From: Chthoniobacteraceae bacterium
GTDB taxonomy: Bacteria; Verrucomicrobiota; Verrucomicrobiia; Chthoniobacterales; Chthoniobacteraceae
DNA: 10,846 nucleotides
Reading direction: 5' to 3'
Assembly (NCBI GenBank): GCA_031409655.1
Contig: JANNXQ010000268.1
Location: 1 to 10,846, forward strand
Every line of letters begins with the position of its first letter. The stretch's first letter is position 1. Position numbers and translations under genes: made by a program. This document shows positions 1-7,001 of this stretch, piece by piece. The notes beneath the pieces were generated by a model. It did no database searches, had not been told where the DNA came from, and saw only the letters and a list, made by a program, of their open reading frames with translations.

Positions 1-1
1 G

Positions 2-328
2 GCCATCGAAAAGGCGATCAAGGAATCGAAGATCGGCATCAATCCCGCGGTGGATGGGAAGATCATCCGGCTCCCCATCCCGCAGCTCAGCGAAGAGCGC
101 CGCAAGGATCTCGTGAAAAGCATCAAGCAGATGGCCGAGGATCGGGTGCGAGTGCGCTCCTCGCGCCGCGACGGTCTCGATGCGCTGAAGAAGGCCGAGA
201 AGGCGGGTGGCATCACCGAAGACGCGCTCGGGAGCTACGAAAAGGAAATCCAGAAACTGACGGATGGCTTCGTGAAGAAAATCGAAGACGCCTTCGCGTC
301 GAAGGAAGCCGACATCATGAAGGTCTGA
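2..328 (+). CDS. frr: Ribosome recycling factor, 5'-truncated by window edge
   Basis: Frame is open from nt 2 (AIEKAIKESKIGINPAVDGKIIRLPIPQLSEERRKDLVK...EIQKLTDGFVKKIEDAFASKEADIMKV). It matches the RRF signatures 'IEKAI..S.lGlNP..DG..IRl.iP.LtEERRkeLvK' and 'KE.eiM.V'. Confidence 0.97.
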   Translation, partial: AIEKAIKESKIGINPAVDGKIIRLPIPQLSEERRKDLVKSIKQMAEDRVRVRSSRRDGLDALKKAEKAGGITEDALGSYEKEIQKLTDGFVKKIEDAFASKEADIMKV

Positions 329-332
329 AGCC

Positions 333-809
333 ATGCGCCCGCTCCTCCTCACTCTCCTCACCTTGCTCTGGGTCGCGCCACTGCGTGCGGATGTGGTCCG
401 GCTCGCGCCGGATTTTTCCATCCCTACGGCCGTGAAGTCCCGCTCGTTGCGCTCTCTGCGCGGCCAGTCCGTCGTCCTCCTCATCACCCGCTCGCCGAAG
501 GAAGGCGCCTTCAAAAAGCAGCTCAAGTATCTGCAGGAAATCTATCAGCAATTTGCCAGCAAAGAGGTGATCTTCGTTGCCGCGCTGCTCGAAGGCGAAG
601 GACCGATCCTATCCAACATCCCCTTTTCCGTGGCCGCGAACGGTGCCGGAGTCGCCGCAGCTTACTGCGTCACCGACGACTTCGCGATCGCCATCATCGG
701 CCGCGACGGGAACATCGACTACCAGACCACGAAAGTGCTCACCCCGGAGCGCGTCCGCGACGTGATCCAGAACTCGTTCTCGATCCAATCGACCGCGCGG
801 AAGCAGTAA
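333..809 (+). CDS. Exported thioredoxin-fold (AhpC/TSA- or DUF4174-like) protein lacking CxxC
   Basis: Signal peptide MRPLLLTLLTLLWVAPLRA. Redoxin-like motifs APDFS..SLRSLRGQSVVLL and IIGRDGNI are present. There is no Cys at the usual active-site position. Starts 4 nt after the frr stop. Confidence 0.8.
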   Translation: MRPLLLTLLTLLWVAPLRADVVRLAPDFSIPTAVKSRSLRSLRGQSVVLLITRSPKEGAFKKQLKYLQEIYQQFASKEVIFVAALLEGEGPILSNIPFSVAANGAGVAAAYCVTDDFAIAIIGRDGNIDYQTTKVLTPERVRDVIQNSFSIQSTARKQ

Positions 810-848
810 GGGGAAATGGCGAATTGAGCTGGGGCTGAAGGGCGAGTT

Positions 849-1020
849 TGATCACTGATCCATGCCTACCCGCTTTGTTCCCAAGCTTCCAGAAATGGAG
901 ACAGGATTCAGAGGATTCCCGGATTTCGACAGAGGGAATCCCGTGAATCCTGCCAATCCTGATAATCCTGTCCAACTCCCCCGCGACTTGGCTACGAACC
1001 GGATAGGCACGCATTGATCA
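849..1020. repeat. Nested imperfect palindrome (MITE/REP-like element) with 9-nt periodic inner arms
   Basis: Outer inverted repeat 858-885 vs 987-1014 (21/28 matches). Inner arms are GACAGGATT-CAGAGGATT-CCCGGATTT (900-926) and AATCCCGTG-AATCCTGCC-AATCCTGAT-AATCCTGTC (937-972). TGATCA lies at both ends. Confidence 0.75.
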
Positions 1021-1035
1021 TTGGTCATTTCCACC

Positions 1036-1473
1036 ATGCGCATCGCGGTCATCGCCGACACCCACGATCGTCTCCCTGCGCACATTTCCACGGCCATCGG
1101 TGGGGCGGATGAAATCTGGCACCTCGGCGATGTCTGCGACGAAAGCGTGCTTGCTGGCGTGCGGCAACTCGGCCCTCCGGTGCGAGTGGTCCGGGGAAAT
1201 TGCGACAGTTGCCTCGACTGGCCGCTCGACCTCGAGTTCGAGTTGGCAGGTTTCCGCATCCTGCTCGTCCACATCCCGCCCCGGCACGCGGCACCGAAGA
1301 TCGACCTGCTCTTCCACGGCCACACCCACGTCCCCCGCCGCGAGCGCCTCGGGGCGACGCTTTTCCTGAATCCCGGCTGCATCACCCGCCCGAACCGCGG
1401 CGCCCCCGCCAGCTTCGCCTGGCTCGACCTGCAACGCGGAAAACCGCCTGCGTGGCGGCTCGAATTGGTGTGA
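1036..1473 (+). CDS. Metallophosphoesterase, YfcE/MJ0936 (calcineurin-like) family
   Basis: Motifs MRIAVIADTH, HLGD, VRGNCD, LVH, HGHTH, NPG. ATG at 1036 is preferred over the upstream TTG because family members begin M-K/R-I-x-V-I-S/A-D-T-H. Confidence 0.93.
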   Translation: MRIAVIADTHDRLPAHISTAIGGADEIWHLGDVCDESVLAGVRQLGPPVRVVRGNCDSCLDWPLDLEFELAGFRILLVHIPPRHAAPKIDLLFHGHTHVPRRERLGATLFLNPGCITRPNRGAPASFAWLDLQRGKPPAWRLELV

Positions 1474-1629
1474 TGCCAGTTCGCACGACGTGACCTTCGC
1501 GGCCGGAGGTGCAGCCGCATTCGTCGGGTCGCAGCTACCGAGCATTGCCCACCCACCCACCCCGCGATCTTTTCGGGCACGCTCTCCCATCTGCAATCCA
1601 GGGGCCGCGCCCGCTTGTGGGTTTCCGCT

Positions 1630-1658
1630 TTGCAGTCGCTGGTGCCACATCGTACGGT
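1630..1658 (+). promoter_or_regulatory. Putative sigma70-type promoter for yicC-gmk-coaC
   Basis: TTGCAG (1630-1635), a 17-nt spacer, then TACGGT (1653-1658). The ATG follows 10 nt later with no SD. Confidence 0.55.
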
Positions 1659-1668
1659 CCCCACCCCA

Positions 1669-2544
1669 ATGCGCAGCATGACTGGCTACGGACGCGGCCA
1701 AAGCGTCCACAATGGCTGCAAGTACAGCGTCGAACTCAATTCCGTGAATCGGAAGCAGAGCGACGTGGTCGTGACACTGCCCAGGGAACTGGCCGAGATC
1801 GAACCGCGGGTGCGGGATATGATCAATGCGGAGGTGTCGCGCGGGCGGCTCAATGTCGTAATCGCCACGCATCGCAGCGCGGCGGCAAATGGGAACCTGG
1901 CACTCGATACGGAGGCGGCGCGCACTTACTATAAGGCGATGCTCGATCTGCAGAAGGAGCTGAAGGCGGCGGGGGAAATCAGCATCGAGACGGTGCTCCG
2001 CGCGCCGGGCGTGATGCGGGTGCCGGAGGAGCAGGTGGCGATCGATGAAGCGTGGCCGCACATCGAAGGTGCGCTCAAGCAAGCCCTCGGCGAACTGGTG
2101 AAGATGCGTGAGAGCGAAGGCAAACATCTGGCGAAAGATTTGATCAAGCGGCTGAAGCTGGTGCGCGGCTTTGTGCGAAAGGTGCGGTTGCTCCAACCGG
2201 CGGTGGTGAAGCGCTACCGGCAGTCGCTTCAGGAGCGCATCCACCGGGCGGGCGTCGATCTGCCCATCGATGACGATCGGCTCGTGAAAGAGGTCATCTT
2301 CTTTGCGGACAAGTCGGACATTTCCGAGGAACTCACGCGACTGGACAGTCACTTCGCGCAGTTCGCGCATCATCTGCGGAAGAATGAACCGGTTGGGCGC
2401 ACCCTGGAATTCATGAGTCAGGAGATCGCCCGCGAATTCAACACCCTCGGGGCCAAGGCGAACGATGTGGAGATTTCGCAGCTCGTGGTGATGTGCAAAG
2501 CGGAGATGGAGAAGATCCGCGAACAGATTCAGAACATTGAATAG
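1669..2544 (+). CDS. yicC: YicC/YloC family endoribonuclease
   Basis: N-terminal MRSMTGYGR and SVNRK. C-terminal DISEELTRLDSH, GRTLEFMSQEIAREFNTLGAKA and EKIREQIQNIE. Lies in the usual position upstream of gmk. Confidence 0.96.
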   Translation: MRSMTGYGRGQSVHNGCKYSVELNSVNRKQSDVVVTLPRELAEIEPRVRDMINAEVSRGRLNVVIATHRSAAANGNLALDTEAARTYYKAMLDLQKELKAAGEISIETVLRAPGVMRVPEEQVAIDEAWPHIEGALKQALGELVKMRESEGKHLAKDLIKRLKLVRGFVRKVRLLQPAVVKRYRQSLQERIHRAGVDLPIDDDRLVKEVIFFADKSDISEELTRLDSHFAQFAHHLRKNEPVGRTLEFMSQEIAREFNTLGAKANDVEISQLVVMCKAEMEKIREQIQNIE

Positions 2545-2569
2545 CGCCGCCGCCACCGACCCGAACACC

Positions 2570-3184
2570 ATGCCGCCGACGGTGCGTTTCCACCGCCGCG
2601 GGATTCTCTTTGTCATCTCCGCGCCGTCTGGTGCGGGCAAAAGCACGCTGGTCAACTCGCTGCGGCAGACCTCGGACTTTGTGTACTCCGTCTCCTGCAC
2701 GACGCGTGAGCCGCGACCCGGCGAGATCGATGGCGAGGATTACGTGTTTCTCTCGCGGGAGGACTTTGAGAAGCGCATCGCGGCTGGCGAGTTCATCGAG
2801 CACGCGGAGGTGCATGGAAAATACTACGGCACGTTGCGCGAGACGGTGCTGAAGAATCTCGAGGCCGGTGTGGATGTCCTGATCGACGTGGACGTGCAGG
2901 GCGCGCGGCAGATCCGCGAAGACGGCGCGGGCATCAAAGAATCGCTGGCCGACATCTTTATCATGCCGCCGAGCCTGGAGGAACTGCGGCGCCGGCTGAT
3001 CAAGCGCGGCACGGAGACGCTGGAGCAGATCGAACTGCGACTGACGAACGCCGCGACCGAGATGGAGGCGTGGCGGCAGTATCGCTACACGATCATCACC
3101 GGCTCCGTGGAAGAGGACGTGCAGAAGTTTCGCGCGATCATGCGGGCTGAGCGCTATCTCAGTCGCCGGATGAATCTCGAATGA
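2570..3184 (+). CDS. gmk: Guanylate kinase
   Basis: P-loop SAPSGAGKST, plus SVSCTTREPRPGEIDGEDYVF, EHAEVHGKYYGT, DVDVQGA and FIMPPSLEEL. The exact start (ATG 2570) is less certain. Confidence 0.97.
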   Translation: MPPTVRFHRRGILFVISAPSGAGKSTLVNSLRQTSDFVYSVSCTTREPRPGEIDGEDYVFLSREDFEKRIAAGEFIEHAEVHGKYYGTLRETVLKNLEAGVDVLIDVDVQGARQIREDGAGIKESLADIFIMPPSLEELRRRLIKRGTETLEQIELRLTNAATEMEAWRQYRYTIITGSVEEDVQKFRAIMRAERYLSRRMNLE

Positions 3185-3735
3185 GCGCGCCCGTCGTCAT
3201 CGTCGGGGTCACGGGTTCCATCGCGGCGTATAAGGCTGCGGATCTAGTGAGCAAGCTGATGAAGCGGCAGTTCGAAGTGCATGTCGCGATGACGCACGGC
3301 GCGCAGGAGTTCATCACCCCGCTCACTTTTCAGACGCTCTCGCGGAATCCGGTGATGACCAGTGTCTTCGACAAGCAGCATGGCTGGAAGCCCGGTCACA
3401 TCGAGCTCGCGGATCGCGCGAGTCTGCTGCTCATCGCGCCGGCGACGGCGAACATCCTCGCGGAGCTCGCGTGCGGTCTCGCCAGCAATCCGCTTTGTGA
3501 AATCGCGCTCGCGACGCTCGCGCCCGTGCTCATCGCGCCGGCCATGAATGGGAAGATGTGGCAGCACGCGGCGACGCAACACAACGTCGCCACGCTGCGC
3601 GCGCGGGGCGTGGAATTCATCGGCCCGGAAGAGGGAATGCTCGCGTGCGGCTACGAAGGCATCGGTCGTTTGTGGAGTGTGGACGACATCGTCGAGCGCG
3701 CCGCGCGCATCATCGCGGAAAAAAAGATCGCGTAA
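3181..3735 (+). CDS. coaC: Phosphopantothenoylcysteine decarboxylase (stand-alone CoaC flavoprotein, no CoaB domain)
   Basis: Motifs GVTGSIAAYK, HIEL, IAPATAN, APAMNGKMW and GMLACGYEGIGRL. Ends at 184 aa. ATGA overlap with the gmk stop. Confidence 0.92.
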   Translation: MSAPVVIVGVTGSIAAYKAADLVSKLMKRQFEVHVAMTHGAQEFITPLTFQTLSRNPVMTSVFDKQHGWKPGHIELADRASLLLIAPATANILAELACGLASNPLCEIALATLAPVLIAPAMNGKMWQHAATQHNVATLRARGVEFIGPEEGMLACGYEGIGRLWSVDDIVERAARIIAEKKIA

Positions 3736-3921
3736 TTTTTTTACGCGCGTCTGGCGCGTGTTGCCGCGCGAAAATATTGCGCGCCCGAAAAGCGCCATCG
3801 CCTGCGAAGTCTGATGCGCACTACTTCGCGCGCGTGAAGACGTTCTGCGCGGAGCGGCACGCTTCCTGCAAACATGGACGCCGGAATGGCCCCAACGAAA
3901 CTTCCCACGAGCACGCAACAC

Positions 3922-3960
3922 AAAAAATTCGTTGACGCATTTGAACAACTTCATTACCCA
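3922..3960 (+). promoter_or_regulatory. Putative sigma70-type promoter with upstream A-tract for the microprotein gene
   Basis: A-tract AAAAAATT, then TTGACG (3932-3937), a 17-nt spacer and TACCCA (3955-3960). The -10 is an imperfect match. Confidence 0.5.
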
Positions 3961-4030
3961 ACGCACACCACGCGAGTGATGTTAAATTTCACCGACTCAC
4001 AACTAATTTCAGTGACCCGCAATTGCGGAA

Positions 4031-4041
4031 AGAAAGGGGGG
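4031..4041 (+). promoter_or_regulatory. Extended Shine-Dalgarno sequence
   Basis: AGAAAGGGGGG, ending 7 nt before ATG 4049. Confidence 0.8.
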
Positions 4042-4048
4042 ATTTTGA

Positions 4049-4174
4049 ATGGCGATTAAGAAAACTGCAAAAAAAGCACCAGCCAAGAAGTTGGCAGCTA
4101 AGAAGGCACCAGCCAAGAAGGCTGCTGCGAAGAAAGCTCCGGCCAAGAAGGCTGCTGCTAAGAAGAAGAAATAA
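4049..4174 (+). CDS. 41-aa Lys/Ala/Pro-rich histone H1-like microprotein (not in ORF track)
   Basis: Manual translation gives MAIKKTAKKAPAKKLAAKKAPAKKAAAKKAPAKKAAAKKKK* (18 K, 16 A, 3 P, no acidic residues). It has a strong SD and a downstream terminator. The 30-nt repeat units differ mainly at synonymous positions. Confidence 0.9.
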   Translation: MAIKKTAKKAPAKKLAAKKAPAKKAAAKKAPAKKAAAKKKK

Positions 4175-4201
4175 CGGCATCCCTGCCCTTTTTCTTTCAT
4201 G

Positions 4202-4238
4202 ACGGGAGGAGAATTCAATTCTCCTCCCGTTTCTTTTT
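4202..4238 (+). terminator. Rho-independent terminator
   Basis: Perfect inverted repeat ACGGGAGGAGAATT-C-AATTCTCCTCCCGT (4202-4230) followed by TTCTTTTT. Confidence 0.88.
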
Positions 4239-4277
4239 CCGGCAGGCTCCCCGCTTTTTGTAATCAATCACTCTACC

Positions 4278-5027
4278 ATGAATCCCACCTTCCTTGCCGC
4301 CGCCATCGCCGCTGCCCGCAGTGCCGGCGCACTTCTCCGCCAAAATTTCGGCGCGCCACTCGACGTGAACGAATTTCACGCTCACGACATCAAGCTCGAG
4401 CTCGATGTCCGCACGCAGGAACTCATCACGACCGCTTTGCTCGGTCAGTTTCCCGATCACGCGATCTTCGGCGAGGAGGGCATCGCTGGGGATCAGGCGA
4501 GCGAGTTCCAGTGGATCGTCGATCCGATCGACGGCACGGTGAACTATTTCTACGGCATCCCGCACTTTTGCATCTCGATCGCGCTCCGCCAGGCGGGCGA
4601 GATCCAGGTCGGCGTCATCTACGATCCGGCGCGGGACGAACTCTGGGCGGTGGAGAAGGGCGGGATGCCCACCTTGAACGACAAGCCGATCAAAGTGAGC
4701 ACGCGCACCGACCTCTCCGACGCCGTGCTCTCTGTCGGGTTCTCAAAGACGCAAACAACGATCGCTGCCGGACTTCCGCTCCTGGAGAAATACGTGAAGC
4801 GCGCGCGCAAGTGCCGGCTCATGGGCAGCGCCGCTTTGGATCTCGCTTATGTCGCGTGCGGTCGTCTCGATGCCTACATCGAGCAGTCCGTGAGTCTCTG
4901 GGATGTGGCCGCGGGCAAGCTGCTCGTCGAGGCGGCGGGCGGAGCCTTCCAGATGACCGAGCGGGAAGATACGCCGGGAAAAATTTCGGTCATCGCTTCC
5001 AGCGGGCGCATCGATCTGAACGTCTGA
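4278..5027 (+). CDS. suhB: Inositol monophosphatase family protein (SuhB-like)
   Basis: Motifs GEE, WIVDPIDGTVNYFYG, GVIYDP, GSAALDLAYVACGRLDAY and WDVAAG. Confidence 0.9.
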   Translation: MNPTFLAAAIAAARSAGALLRQNFGAPLDVNEFHAHDIKLELDVRTQELITTALLGQFPDHAIFGEEGIAGDQASEFQWIVDPIDGTVNYFYGIPHFCISIALRQAGEIQVGVIYDPARDELWAVEKGGMPTLNDKPIKVSTRTDLSDAVLSVGFSKTQTTIAAGLPLLEKYVKRARKCRLMGSAALDLAYVACGRLDAYIEQSVSLWDVAAGKLLVEAAGGAFQMTEREDTPGKISVIASSGRIDLNV

Positions 5028-5029
5028 CG

Positions 5030-5512
5030 ATGAATCTCTCCGGGATCGGCTACGACGTGCATCGCCTGGTCGAAGGGCGCCCGCTCGTGCTCGGTGGCGT
5101 CGAGATCGCCCACTCCCACGGCCTCGACGGACACAGCGATGCGGATGTGCTCTGCCACGCCATCGCGGATGCGATTCTCGGCGCCATTGGTGAGCGCGAC
5201 ATCGGTCATCATTTTCCGAATAACGACCCCTCGATCCGCGGCATCAGCAGTCTGGAGATCGTGCGCAAAGCGGCGGAACTCGTCGCAGCCCAAGGTGGGC
5301 GCGTCCTGAACATCGACGCGTCGCTCATTGCCGAAGCCCCGAAAATTTCGCCGCACCTCGACGCGATGAAGGCGAACCTCGCGAGCGCACTCGGCATCAA
5401 ACCGCAGCGCGTTGGCGTGAAGGCGACGACGAACGAAGTGCTCGGCTTCATCGGTCGCCGCGAAGGGATCGCCGCCATGGCGGTCGCGAGCGTGGAAATT
5501 CCCGAAGGTTGA
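5030..5512 (+). CDS. ispF: 2-C-methyl-D-erythritol 2,4-cyclodiphosphate synthase
   Basis: Motifs GIGYDVH, GHSDADVLCHAIADAILGA, DIGHHFP and VKATTNE.LGFIGRREGIAA. This is the 3' part of the 4199..5512 ORF, and the true ATG lies 2 nt after the suhB stop. Confidence 0.97.
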   Translation: MNLSGIGYDVHRLVEGRPLVLGGVEIAHSHGLDGHSDADVLCHAIADAILGAIGERDIGHHFPNNDPSIRGISSLEIVRKAAELVAAQGGRVLNIDASLIAEAPKISPHLDAMKANLASALGIKPQRVGVKATTNEVLGFIGRREGIAAMAVASVEIPEG

Positions 5513-5521
5513 TTCCCCGGC

Positions 5522-6940
<1,419 letters not shown>

Positions 6941-6963
6941 GCGCCGGACCGCCGTGGTGCAGC

Positions 6964-6992
6964 TTGGATTCGCGTTCGATCGCTGCTACGCA
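6964..6992 (+). promoter_or_regulatory. Putative promoter for the large secreted protein gene
   Basis: TTGGAT (6964-6969), a 17-nt spacer, then TACGCA (6987-6992) with TG at the extended -10 position. The ATG follows 9 nt later. Confidence 0.4.
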
Positions 6993-7001
6993 CTGCGTTG
7001 C

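Noticed and set aside
900..972. Possible CRISPR array
   Set aside because: The units are 9 nt, contiguous and inverted, with no spacers and no cas genes nearby.
1490..1530. GGCCGGAGGTGCAGCC resembles SRP RNA domain IV
   Set aside because: It lacks the conserved CAGG/AGCA internal loop and the GNRA-capped stem geometry.
1018..2700. Long minus-strand ORFs (560 aa here; also 4874-6007, 7038-8378, 8838-10376)
   Set aside because: These are antisense shadows of well-supported + strand genes, expected in high-GC DNA with strong codon bias.
3874..4059. 61-aa + strand ORF overlapping the microprotein start (possible leader peptide)
   Set aside because: It spans the predicted promoter, has atypical codon usage and no SD, and shows no recognisable motif.
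4176..4198. GGCA-TCCC-TGCC mini-hairpin plus T-run right after the microprotein stop
   Set aside because: A 4-bp stem is too weak to call as a separate terminator. The strong hairpin at 4202-4230 explains termination.
4009..4218. Minus-strand 69-aa hydrophobic ORF (FFFLAAAFLAGAFF...) resembling a membrane peptide
   Set aside because: It is the antisense shadow of the Lys/Ala repeat gene. The SD, promoter and terminator polarity all support the + strand ORF.
4199..5029. Apparent 277-aa N-terminal extension of IspF
   Set aside because: It overlaps suhB in another frame and is Arg-rich nonsense. IspF homology starts at ATG 5030.
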